Part shown: piece after piece, positions 37,926-48,763 of the stretch
Numbering within the stretch: the stretch's first letter is position 1
How the letters are laid out: each line of letters opens with the position of its first letter
Sequence record: NZ_CP119397.1
Direction: 5' to 3' (one strand)
Origin: a plasmid
Length of the DNA stretch: 64,000 nt
The notes under the pieces: generated by a model
Told to the model about the DNA's origin: nothing
Seen by the model: the letters and a program-made list of their open reading frames with translations, nothing else
The model's database searches: none
Translations under genes and position numbers: made by a program

Positions 37926-39491
37926 ATGCCTCAGAAACGCCCAGCACATTACCATGTGGTCAATCCCGGCGATGCCCACCCCCAGGGGTGGGACGTGCCG
38001 CCGGTCAACGATTTACGCTCCGCCATCGCCTTGCTGAAAACCCTGCCGGGCCACTACCTGGAAACAGACCGCGAGACGGACCCCATCGGCGAACTGGCCG
38101 GGGTCTACCGCCATATTGGCGCCGGCGGCACCGTGATGCGCCCTACCCGCACCGGCCCGGCGATGCTGTTTAATAACATCAAAGGCTTCCCGGATGCGCG
38201 GGTGCTGGTGGGGATGCTGGCCAGCCGTGAACGGGTCAGCGCTTTGCTGGGTGCACCGGTACGTGAGCTGGGTATCCAGATGGCGGAAGCGCGCAGGAAC
38301 GTCACGCCGCCGGTGATGGTAAAGCAACAGGATGCGCCCTGTCAGGAAGTGGTGCACCGCGCTGATGAAGCGGGCTTTGACCTGCGCAACCTGTTGCCTG
38401 CGCCGACCAATACCGCCGAGGATGCCGGCCCCTATTTCTGCATGGGGCTGGTGCTCGGCAGTGACCCGGATGATCAGGACAACGCGGATGTCACCATCCA
38501 CCGCCTGTGCGTGCAGGGTAAGGATGAGCTGTCGATTTTCTTTGCGCCGGGGCGGCATATCGATGTGTTCCGCCAGAAAGCAGAGGCGGCGGGCAAGCCG
38601 TTGCCGGTCTCCATCAATATGGGGCTGGACCCGGCCATCTATATCGGGGCGGAGTTCGAGGCACCCACCACCCCATTCGGGTTTAATGAACTGTGCGTGG
38701 CCGGTGGCCTGCGCGGCCAGCCGGTCGAGCTGGTGGAGTGTTTGACTGTGCGCCAGCGGGCGATTGCCAGGGCGGAAATCGTGATTGAAGGGGAAATCCT
38801 GCCGGGTGTCCGCGTGGAGGAAGATCAAAACACCCATACCGGTAAAGCGATGCCGGAATTCCCCGGTTATACCGGTGAGGCGAACCCCTCGTTGCCGGTG
38901 ATCAAGGTCAAGGCCGTCACCACCCGCAAAAACCCGATTCTGCAAACGTTGGTCGGGCCGGGTGAAGAACACGTCAGCCTGGCCGGTATCCCGACCGAAG
39001 CCAGTATCCACATTGAGTGCCAGGATGCGCTGCCGGGGCTGGTGAAAAATGTCTATGCCCACAGTGCAGGCGGCGGCAAGTTCCTGGCCATTCTGCAGGT
39101 GCAGAAACGTCATGACGGCGACGACGGCATGACCCGCCAGGCAGCACTGATTGCGCTGGCCGTGTATCGTGAGCTGAAAAACGTCATTCTGGTGGATGAG
39201 GATGTCGACTTATTCGATACCGATGATGTGCTCTGGGCGATGCAGACCCGCTTCTCAGGTGACATGGACGCGATCTTTGTGCCGGGTGTCGCCGGGCATG
39301 TGCTCGACCCGTCACAAACACCGCAGTATGACCCGCGCGTCACCGCCAAAGGCACCACCACCAAAACAATTTTCGACTGTACGGTGCCGTTCCACCTGAA
39401 AGAACACTTTGTCCGCGCGCAGTTCCAGGAGGTTGACCCGAGCCTCTGGGCACCTTCCCTGTTTGGGAAAACCAAACCGTCAGACGCGTAA
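37926..39491 (+). CDS. UbiD-family (prFMN-dependent) aromatic acid decarboxylase
   Basis: 521 aa collinear with UbiD/Fdc family. Confidence 0.8.
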   Translation: MPQKRPAHYHVVNPGDAHPQGWDVPPVNDLRSAIALLKTLPGHYLETDRETDPIGELAGVYRHIGAGGTVMRPTRTGPAMLFNNIKGFPDARVLVGMLASRERVSALLGAPVRELGIQMAEARRNVTPPVMVKQQDAPCQEVVHRADEAGFDLRNLLPAPTNTAEDAGPYFCMGLVLGSDPDDQDNADVTIHRLCVQGKDELSIFFAPGRHIDVFRQKAEAAGKPLPVSINMGLDPAIYIGAEFEAPTTPFGFNELCVAGGLRGQPVELVECLTVRQRAIARAEIVIEGEILPGVRVEEDQNTHTGKAMPEFPGYTGEANPSLPVIKVKAVTTRKNPILQTLVGPGEEHVSLAGIPTEASIHIECQDALPGLVKNVYAHSAGGGKFLAILQVQKRHDGDDGMTRQAALIALAVYRELKNVILVDEDVDLFDTDDVLWAMQTRFSGDMDAIFVPGVAGHVLDPSQTPQYDPRVTAKGTTTKTIFDCTVPFHLKEHFVRAQFQEVDPSLWAPSLFGKTKPSDA

Positions 39492-39803
39492 TTCCCTCTG
39501 GCCCCTGTTTACTGCGGGGGCCTTGCCGTACGGCCCTACCCTGTTCTCAACCCCTTGAAATCGCAGGGTTATCCTCATCCCCTCTCCTGCTCCGCGATAA
39601 GCCTTGGGTGATCTTACTCACAGATTTATATCAAGTTTTTCCCGCAGGTGCCGATTTAGTGAGCCTCGGCGAGCGTAAAAAAAGCCCTGGTGCCTGTGCG
39701 CCGGGGCGCTGCCGGTAAGCCAGCGTACTTGGGCGTTATCCGGGCATACCCGGTATTAAGGGATGGCCGCGCTGCCGCATTCTATTTCAAAGGGGAAGAA
39801 GTG

Positions 39804-41357
39804 ATGGTTTCTGTGAAAAATATGAGAGTGGGCCTCCGTCTGGGGGCGGCATTCGGGTTAGTCATCCTGCTTTTGATCATCGTCAGCACCACCGCCATCG
39901 TCAAAATCGGCAACATCAACTCCGCCGTGGATGGCATCGTCAATGACCGCTACATCAAAGTCCGGCTGGCGTTTGATGTCCGGGACGGCGTGAACGATCA
40001 GATCAAATTCCTGCGCGGCATCGTTATTGATACCGCGCGGCCGCAGTTCAATGAAAAACGGTTTAAGCAGCTCGCGGCCGCCACCACCCAGACCAACGAG
40101 GCGATTGAGAAAATCGCCCGCTTACAGACCACCGCCGTCGGCCAGAAAAAAATCAGTGGGGTGAAAGCCGCGGCAGAGGCGTTTGAAACCCAGAAACAGG
40201 CCCTGATCGCCCTGGTGCGCGCCGGTGATGAGCTTGCCGCCGCCGAATATGTGCTGCTGAAAATCACCCCGGCGCAGAACGCGTTTCTCGACAGTGCAGT
40301 GAAGTTCGCCGATTCCCAGTCCGGCCAGTTGCAATCTGAGGGTGCGCAAGCGCTCAAAGACGGCTCCACCGCCATCAATGTCACGCTGATTTTCTCCGCG
40401 CTGGCGATCCTGGCTGCGGTGCTGCTGGGCTATCTTCTGACCCGTTCAATCGTCAGCCCGCTGCGTGACGCCGTCAGCGTTGCCGAAAATGTGGCGGCGG
40501 GCGATCTGCGCACGGTGATCCGCGTCACCTCGACGGATGAAACCGGCCAGCTGATGCAGGCGCTGAAAAACATGAACGAAAACCTGCTGAAAATCGTCAA
40601 TGAAGTGCGCAGCGGCACTGACCTTATCGCCAACGCCTCCGGTGAGATTTCCGCCGGGAATATGGACCTGTCAGTCCGCACCGAACAGCAGGCCAGCTCA
40701 CTGGAAGAGACTGCCTCCGCCATGGAGCAGATGACCTCCACCGTGCGGCAGAATGCCGACAACGCGCGCCAGGCCAACCAACTGGCGGCGCAGGCCTCCA
40801 GGGTGGCGACCGAAAGCGGCGACGCGGTGAAGCAGGTGGTCAGCACCATGAATATGATCAACACCTCGTCGAAGAAAATCGTCGACATCATCAGCGTGAT
40901 TGACGGCATCGCCTTCCAGACCAACATCCTGGCGCTGAATGCCGCGGTGGAAGCCGCGCGTGCCGGTGAACAGGGGCGCGGGTTTGCCGTGGTGGCGTCT
41001 GAAGTGCGTAACCTGGCACAACGTTCCGCCTCCGCTGCCAAAGAGATTGCCCAGCTGATTGAAGACTCGGTATCGAAAGTGGATGAGGGTGAAAAGCAGG
41101 TCGCCAAAGCCGGTTCGACGATGGAAGAAGTGCTGGCCAGCGTGAAAAGCGTGACTGACATCATGGGTGAAATTACCCTGGCCAGCGCGGAACAACGCAG
41201 CGGTATTGAAGAGATCAACACCGCCATCACCCAGATGGACCAGGTCACCCAGCAGAATGCCGCGCTGGTGAACGAATCCGCCGCTGCTGCCCAGTCGATG
41301 CAGGAACAGGCGCACCAGTTGGCGCGTGCCATCCGCGTGTTTAAGGTTGAGGCGTAA
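39804..41357 (+). CDS. methyl-accepting chemotaxis protein with four-helix-bundle periplasmic sensor
   Basis: TM-periplasmic 4HB-TM-HAMP-MA; signalling hairpin identical in motif to MCP at 20323. Confidence 0.85.
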   Translation: MVSVKNMRVGLRLGAAFGLVILLLIIVSTTAIVKIGNINSAVDGIVNDRYIKVRLAFDVRDGVNDQIKFLRGIVIDTARPQFNEKRFKQLAAATTQTNEAIEKIARLQTTAVGQKKISGVKAAAEAFETQKQALIALVRAGDELAAAEYVLLKITPAQNAFLDSAVKFADSQSGQLQSEGAQALKDGSTAINVTLIFSALAILAAVLLGYLLTRSIVSPLRDAVSVAENVAAGDLRTVIRVTSTDETGQLMQALKNMNENLLKIVNEVRSGTDLIANASGEISAGNMDLSVRTEQQASSLEETASAMEQMTSTVRQNADNARQANQLAAQASRVATESGDAVKQVVSTMNMINTSSKKIVDIISVIDGIAFQTNILALNAAVEAARAGEQGRGFAVVASEVRNLAQRSASAAKEIAQLIEDSVSKVDEGEKQVAKAGSTMEEVLASVKSVTDIMGEITLASAEQRSGIEEINTAITQMDQVTQQNAALVNESAAAAQSMQEQAHQLARAIRVFKVEA

Positions 41358-41385
41358 ACCCCGGCCGCAGCGTCAGCGTTCACCC

Positions 41386-41412
41386 AAGCCGGTCAGTTGA
41401 CCGGCTTTTTTA
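41386..41412 (+). terminator. rho-independent terminator after MCP gene
   Basis: AAGCCGGTCA-GT-TGACCGGCTTTTTT. Confidence 0.75.
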
Positions 41413-41502
41413 TGCGCAAAAACACCCCGGATTATTTTTAATCTTCCTGGGTGGGGTAAGCCGTTGTTTAGCGGCGACTCTTGTCACAGTCCGCCTTTTT
41501 TT

Positions 41503-41580
41503 GAACCAAAAAGGTACTGTAACAGTGTTTTTTTTACATTTTTTTAGTACTAAAAGAGTGTCATTACGGCACATTGGTTA
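41503..41580. repeat. R1: copy of TAGTAC-AAAAG hairpin repeat family
   Basis: ...GAACCAAAAAGGTACTGTAACAGTG...TTTTTAGTACTAAAAGAGTG... shares GGTAC/AGTACTAAAAG cores with R2-R11. Confidence 0.55.
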
Positions 41581-41938
41581 TACGCTTATCAGCAGGCCTT
41601 TTCCCGCCGGGCCAGGCAAACAGCCTCTCCTTTCCCGCCTGCCCTGCCCGCCTTTACATGTACATAATTTGACCTACCCACTATCTTAGTAGATGTCACT
41701 AAGCATTCCTGCACCATCCATAAACAACAATAGTCACAACACGTTATTACCGTGCGGCGGCGCGTGACCGGACGATCCCCGGCCTGCGCCCTATAGCCTC
41801 AGCTTTGATGTCGTTTGACGAACACAGCGCCTGGTTTTCCGAACAGGAAAGAAGAGTGGCCCCGGTCACTACGTTATGGGACAGCCTGCCGATTGCCACA
41901 GGCTGCATCTGTGAATCACCTAACACGCGAGAGTCGCT

Positions 41939-43771
<1,833 letters not shown>

Positions 43772-43810
43772 CCCCCTTTTTCGGGGTATCATCATGATGC
43801 TCTTTTGATA

Positions 43811-43870
43811 TCAAAAAAGTACTCTTAAAGCACCTTATTGGTACCAATAAGGTGCTTTTTTTACACCTTT
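43811..43870. repeat. R2: repeat-family copy with perfect palindrome GCACCTTATTGGTACCAATAAGGTGC
   Basis: Between convergent ABC and LysR genes; AGTACTCTTAAAGCACC...GGTGCTTTTTTTACACC. Confidence 0.6.
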
Positions 43871-44772
43871 CAGCTCTCTCTTTCTGCCTGCGTCCGGGCT
43901 TTGAAAAAGTCGATAAACGCCCGCACTTTTTCCGGTATGTGGCGGGTATTCGGGTAGAGGGCGGAAATCGCTTGCGACGGGAAGCGATGATCGGGCAACA
44001 GAACGGTGAGCCGTTGCTCCCTGACCAGCGGCTGTACCAGCCAGTCCGGCAGCAGTGCGACCCCACTCCCCGCCAATACAAAGGTCAGCAGGGCCGCAGC
44101 GCTGTCCGCCAGCCAGGCTGCGCCGCCTGCGACGTCAAAGGCCACGGTGTGGCCTTCCGGCGTTTTCACCGGCCAGTTCAGCGGCGACGCCAGGCGTGAA
44201 TGGGCTATCCAGTGCGCCTGCGCCAGGCCGGCCAGATCCTGCACCGGATGGCGCGCCAGATACGCCTTTGCGGCCACCGGCAAAATGCGGAAACGGCCAA
44301 TCCGCGCCGCATGGTGGCTGGAGTCCCGCAGGCTGCCAAGACGGATTGCCACATCCACGCGCGCGGCGACAAGATCGGTATGCTGGGAGGAGGAGCTGTG
44401 GCGGATGCGTAATTCAGGGTGATGGCGGGCAAAGGCCGCCAGCGCCGGGACTACCGCGTGCGCCCCGTACTCCGGCGTGCTGGCAACATGCAAGGTACCC
44501 TGATACCCCTGATGCTCTCCGCGCACCTCTTCCAGCGCCGCCTCAGCCGCGCGCAGCAACTGTTGGCTGTGGGCATAAAACCGCTCTCCGGCATCCGTCA
44601 GCGCCAGCTGCCGGGTCGTGCGGACCAGTAACGCCACGCCCAGTTCTTTCTCCAGCTGTTTCAGGTTAACGCTGACCACCGCCCTGGTCTGGCCCAATGA
44701 CTGGGCGGCACCGGTAAAGCTGCCCGCTTCCACCACCGCGACAAACATCGCCAGACGTTGCAAATTCAACAT
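43870..44772 (-). CDS. LysR-family transcriptional regulator
   Basis: HTH MLNLQRLAMFVAVVEAGSFTGAAQSLGQTRAVVSVNLKQLEKELGVALLVRT. Confidence 0.85.
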   Translation of the reverse strand: MLNLQRLAMFVAVVEAGSFTGAAQSLGQTRAVVSVNLKQLEKELGVALLVRTTRQLALTDAGERFYAHSQQLLRAAEAALEEVRGEHQGYQGTLHVASTPEYGAHAVVPALAAFARHHPELRIRHSSSSQHTDLVAARVDVAIRLGSLRDSSHHAARIGRFRILPVAAKAYLARHPVQDLAGLAQAHWIAHSRLASPLNWPVKTPEGHTVAFDVAGGAAWLADSAAALLTFVLAGSGVALLPDWLVQPLVREQRLTVLLPDHRFPSQAISALYPNTRHIPEKVRAFIDFFKARTQAERES

Positions 44773-44961
44773 AGAAGGCCATCCCTGCTCAAAAGAGCCG
44801 GCAGTATACGCAGTTGCCGGGCAGGGATCCTACCCCTGCCTTCTGCACGGCAGATGCCGGTGCGTGGATTGTCAAAATTCCATTAACACTCTGGTCGCCT
44901 GCTGCGGCGTTATCCTGCCCTCGCTCAGCCGCTACACTGGCCCCCTATTACAGGAGGCCCT

Positions 44962-46341
44962 ATGCCCTACCGCATCCGCGTTGCCGTATTCTATCTGCTG
45001 GGATTTTTTGTCGATTTAATCAATATGTTCAGTACCGGTGTCGCTTTTCCGGCTATCGGGCGAGCGTTGCATGCTTCCCTGGCTGAGCTTGCCTGGGTCA
45101 GCAATGGCTATATCCTTGGCCTGACCGTGGTGCTCCCGCTCAGCGCCTGGCTGATGCAACGGGTAGATGCCCGGCGCATCATGCTGTTATCGCTGGCCCT
45201 GTTCCTGCTGGCGACCCTGGCCGCCGGTACTGCTGCCCGCATTGAGACGCTGATTGGCTGGCGGATTGTGCAGGGGCTGGGCGGCGGGCTGCTGATCCCG
45301 GTCGGGCAGACGCTGGCATACCGCCTCTATCCCCGCCATGAACGGGCCAGGCTGTCGGCTGCCATTATGCTGGTGGGATTGCTGGCCCCGGCGCTCTCAC
45401 CGGCGTTAGGCGGCCTGATTGCTGACCAGTTCAGCTGGCGCGGCATCTTTTTCGCCAGTTTGCCGCCGGCACTGTTGGCCCTGATCCTGGCCGCCTGCTG
45501 GTTACGCCCCACCCCACCCCCGGCGGAACGCACCCCGCTGGACTGGCATGGCCTGCTTACCTTCAGCGCGGCCGTGGCGCTGTTGTTGCTCGGCCTGACC
45601 GGGCTGGCTGAACACAGCATGCGCTGGCAACCCTGGGTGCTGGTCGCCGCCGGTGCGCTGCTGCTGGTGAACGGGATTCATCACAGCCGCCGCCACCCTC
45701 ACCCGTTGCTGGCCCCGGTGCTGCTGCATGACCCGCTGTTGCGGATGGCTATGCTGATGTATCAGGCGATCCCTGGGTTGTTTATGGGGGTGAACCTGCT
45801 GGCAATGCTGTTTTTGCAGGCGCAGTTGTTGATGACTGCCGCTCAGGCCGGCGCCATGATGGTGCCGTGGGCGCTGGCCTCTTTTGTCGCGATCCTCACT
45901 ACCGGCAAACTGTTTAATACATTGGGCCCACGCCCCTTGCTGGTTGCAGGCTGTCTGGCGCAGGGCGCAGGTATGCTGCTGCTGGCCCAGATCTCCGGCA
46001 CCGGGCAAGAGACGTGGCTGTTGGCCGCGTTTACGCTGATGGGACTTGGCGGCAGTTTGTGCAGCAGCACGGCCCAGAGCAGCGCCTTTCTGACCATACC
46101 TGACAGCCGGCTGGCGGCAGCCAGCGCACTCTGGAACATTAACCGCCAGCTCAGTTTCTGTCTGGGCGTCACGCTGGTCAGTATGCTGTTCGGTGTGTTG
46201 CAACAGCATATGGATCTCTTGCGCGCCAGCCACGGCTGTTTTTATCTGGTCGCGGCCAGCACGCTGTTACCGCTGGCGGGCGTATTACGTCTGGATAACC
46301 GCGGCATTGTGCGGCGGATTGCCTTGTCTAAGGAGAGCTAA
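44962..46341 (+). CDS. MFS drug/metabolite efflux transporter (DHA2, 14-TM EmrB-like)
   Basis: 459 aa, 14 hydrophobic segments; divergent from LysR. Confidence 0.8.
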   Translation: MPYRIRVAVFYLLGFFVDLINMFSTGVAFPAIGRALHASLAELAWVSNGYILGLTVVLPLSAWLMQRVDARRIMLLSLALFLLATLAAGTAARIETLIGWRIVQGLGGGLLIPVGQTLAYRLYPRHERARLSAAIMLVGLLAPALSPALGGLIADQFSWRGIFFASLPPALLALILAACWLRPTPPPAERTPLDWHGLLTFSAAVALLLLGLTGLAEHSMRWQPWVLVAAGALLLVNGIHHSRRHPHPLLAPVLLHDPLLRMAMLMYQAIPGLFMGVNLLAMLFLQAQLLMTAAQAGAMMVPWALASFVAILTTGKLFNTLGPRPLLVAGCLAQGAGMLLLAQISGTGQETWLLAAFTLMGLGGSLCSSTAQSSAFLTIPDSRLAAASALWNINRQLSFCLGVTLVSMLFGVLQQHMDLLRASHGCFYLVAASTLLPLAGVLRLDNRGIVRRIALSKES

Positions 46342-46724
46342 TGAACCCCTATTTTCAACACGTGATTGATCTGCACATCGCCATTGAGCAGTGGCTTGGC
46401 AAAGGGACGGGCGAACTGCCCGCGCTGCTGAGCTATTTTACGGACGATTTTTCGATGGTGACCCTGGGCGGCGGCACACTGGATAAACCGGCACTGGCCG
46501 CGTTTTTCACCGCCCACGGCAACGCGCGGCCGGGGCTGGCGATTGATATCGAAGAGATGGCGCTGATTGCGCAATGGCCGGAGGGGGCTGTGGTCAGTTA
46601 TCAGGAGCGCCAGCGCCTGCCCGGCCAGCCTGCGCATTTGCGCCGATCTACCGTGGTCTTCAGCCACACAGAGGCCGGGTTACAATGGCGGCATCTGCAT
46701 GAAACGCCGGTAAGTGGGGCCTGA
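46341..46724 (+). CDS. NTF2-like (SnoaL/DUF4440-type) small protein
   Basis: 127 aa; stop/start overlap with MFS gene. Confidence 0.55.
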   Translation: MNPYFQHVIDLHIAIEQWLGKGTGELPALLSYFTDDFSMVTLGGGTLDKPALAAFFTAHGNARPGLAIDIEEMALIAQWPEGAVVSYQERQRLPGQPAHLRRSTVVFSHTEAGLQWRHLHETPVSGA

Positions 46725-46737
46725 CAGGCTGCGTTTC

Positions 46738-46797
46738 ACCCACACTAAAATCACACCTATTTAGTACCAAAAAGGCACATTAACGGTGCCTTTTTAA
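46738..46797. repeat. R3: repeat-family copy (CCCACACTAAAATCACACCTATTTAGTACCAAAAAGGCACATTAACGGTGCCTTTTT)
   Basis: First 30 bp identical to R4; GGCAC-N7-GTGCC hairpin. Confidence 0.7.
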
Positions 46798-46954
46798 TTC
46801 CTCTTCAGTACCATATTAGTGTATAGGGCTGAACACAGCGAGCACCTGACAACGGCCATTTGGATCATTGAAATGGCTCTCTGAGCGCATTCTGCCAGGG
46901 ATAGACAATGTATAAACAACAGGATATTATTTAACCATATCTACTGGGGAGGTA

Positions 46955-47212
46955 ATGATGGGTACGGTCAGAAAATGGGGTAACAGCGATGGTGTCATAC
47001 TTAACGCCTTCCTGATGCGCGAAGCCGGTATCAGCCGTGGTGATGTGGTTGAACAAAAAGCGGTTGAAGGCGGCATTATGATATTCAAAGCCGCAAAGAA
47101 AAAACTCACTCTGGAAGAACGGCTGGCAATGTGTGACCTGGAAGCCCCTGCATTTTCTGAAGAAGAAGCCTGGGGAACAACGCTTGAATTTGTAGGTAAG
47201 GAGAAGCTTTAA
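46955..47212 (+). CDS. MazE/ChpS/PemI-type antitoxin (AbrB/SpoVT fold)
   Basis: MMGTVRKWGNSDGVILNAFLMREAG... matches ChpS/MazE N-terminal swapped-hairpin domain. Confidence 0.8.
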   Translation: MMGTVRKWGNSDGVILNAFLMREAGISRGDVVEQKAVEGGIMIFKAAKKKLTLEERLAMCDLEAPAFSEEEAWGTTLEFVGKEKL

Positions 47213-47574
47213 TGGCAGCAGCCGGCAGGATCCCCGACCGCGGTGATATCTATTCTATTGATGTTTCACCAACACGGGGAAAAGAGTTACAGGGAGGCAG
47301 CAATGACCGGCGCTATGTCCTGGTACTTAGCCATCAGTCCGTGAATCAGTTGGGGACAACATTATGCGCGCTCATTACCCAGGGCAGTGTTCCCGCCCGT
47401 GAAAAAGGGTTTACTGTGACACTGATGGGAAGTGGTTCAGCGACACAGGGTGTCGTCACCCTTTGCCATGTCCACACGTTTGATTTTCAGGTACGGGGTG
47501 CCCGTTTTATTGAAGAAGTTGATGACGTGGTGGTTGAGGAATGTCTTGATGTATTGGACGTCATGACGCACTGA
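47212..47574 (+). CDS. MazF/ChpB/PemK-type endoribonuclease toxin
   Basis: RGDIYSIDVSPTRGKELQGGSNDRRYVLVLSHQSVNQLGTTLCALITQG collinear with ChpB (RGDIVLVGFDPASGHEQQGAGRPALVLS...); ATGG start/stop overlap with antitoxin. Confidence 0.8.
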   Translation: MAAAGRIPDRGDIYSIDVSPTRGKELQGGSNDRRYVLVLSHQSVNQLGTTLCALITQGSVPAREKGFTVTLMGSGSATQGVVTLCHVHTFDFQVRGARFIEEVDDVVVEECLDVLDVMTH

Positions 47575-47595
47575 CCAGTCCGCCCTTTCTCATTG

Positions 47596-47652
47596 CCCAC
47601 ACTAAAATCACACCTATTTAGTACCTAAAAGGCACCTTTACGGTGCCTTTTA
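47596..47652. repeat. R4: repeat-family copy, 30-bp direct repeat of R3
   Basis: CCCACACTAAAATCACACCTATTTAGTACCTAAAAGGCACCTTTACGGTGCCTTTT. Confidence 0.7.
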
Positions 47653-47672
47653 GGCTCTAATTCAGCACCACA

Positions 47673-48560
47673 TTAATGCGAAGTGGTGAACGAGGCGAGC
47701 ACGAGACGGGTCGCGGTTGCCAGCACGTCGCGGCGGGCTTCGGCATCCGCTTTTGGCTGCGTAAAGTAGATGGCCAGCACCAGCGGTTTGCCGTGCGGCG
47801 GCCAGATAACCGCCAGATCGTTGGTGGTGCCGTAGTCGCCCGATCCGGTTTTATCCCCGACGTCCCAGCCTGCCGGCACCCCGGCGCGGATACTCTTCGC
47901 ACCGGTCTGGCTGTTCTTCAGCCAGCCAATCAGTTGCTGTTGCTGGGCCTGGGGCAAGGCCTCGCCCAGTGCCAGGTGTTGCAGGTTACGCGCCATCGCC
48001 CGCGGTGTGGAGGTGTCGCGTTCATCACCGGGAATGGCGGTATTCAATTCCGGCTCCCAGCGGTCAAGGCGGGTTTTGTCATCCCCCAGGCTGCGCGCCA
48101 GTTTGGTAATGCTCTGCGGCCCGCCGATCTCGGTTAACAACAGGTTGGCGGCGGTGTTATCACTCCATTCAATCGCCGCTGCGCAGAGTTCTGCGACCGT
48201 CATCCCCTCTGCCAGATGTTTGCCGGTGACCGGCGCGTAACTCTGCAAGGCGGCGCGATCGTAACGGATGCGTTTTTCCAGCAACGCCGGTTGCGTGACG
48301 CTGCGTTGCAGTACCGCACCCGCCGCCAGCACTTTAAAGGTGCTCGCCATGGCGAAGCGCTCTTCACCGCGGTAGGTGATTTCCCGCTGGCTGCCGGTGT
48401 CGATCAGCGCGACCCCAAGCCGCCCATTGGCGTTGCGCTCCAGTTCCGCCAGTTGGGCCGTCAGCGTATCGGTGGCCGCAGCGGCCTGAAAAACAGCGCC
48501 GGAGAGCGCCAGCCCGGCAGCGAACAGAAGGGTACGGCGGCAACGTGACAACAGATTCAT
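47673..48560 (-). CDS. bla: class A beta-lactamase, CTX-M/RAHN/FONA-like chromosomal-type
   Basis: Signal peptide; S70-T-F-K, S130-D-N, E166 (WEPELN), K234-T-G-S motifs; KTGSGDYGTTNDLAVIWP nearly identical to CTX-M family. Confidence 0.9.
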   Translation of the reverse strand: MNLLSRCRRTLLFAAGLALSGAVFQAAAATDTLTAQLAELERNANGRLGVALIDTGSQREITYRGEERFAMASTFKVLAAGAVLQRSVTQPALLEKRIRYDRAALQSYAPVTGKHLAEGMTVAELCAAAIEWSDNTAANLLLTEIGGPQSITKLARSLGDDKTRLDRWEPELNTAIPGDERDTSTPRAMARNLQHLALGEALPQAQQQQLIGWLKNSQTGAKSIRAGVPAGWDVGDKTGSGDYGTTNDLAVIWPPHGKPLVLAIYFTQPKADAEARRDVLATATRLVLASFTTSH

Positions 48561-48589
48561 CTATTAAATTCCTTATTAATAAGTATAAA

Positions 48590-48660
48590 AACAGCATCAA
48601 AAAGGTGTTTTTTTGGTACCGCTAAAGCACCTTTCCGATACCGTAACGCGCCTTTATACA
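48590..48660. repeat. R5: repeat-family copy (AAAAAGGTGTTTTTTTGGTACCGCTAAAGCACC...)
   Basis: Shares TTGGTACC / AAAGCACC cores. Confidence 0.55.
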
Positions 48661-48763
48661 GGTTATCTTTCTGGTGCGCCTCTTCCGTTTAGCATTTCAG
48701 GATTATCCTTATGAGAGGGTGGTATCACATCATCCCCCCGATTTTTTTTAACGAGTTATCGCT

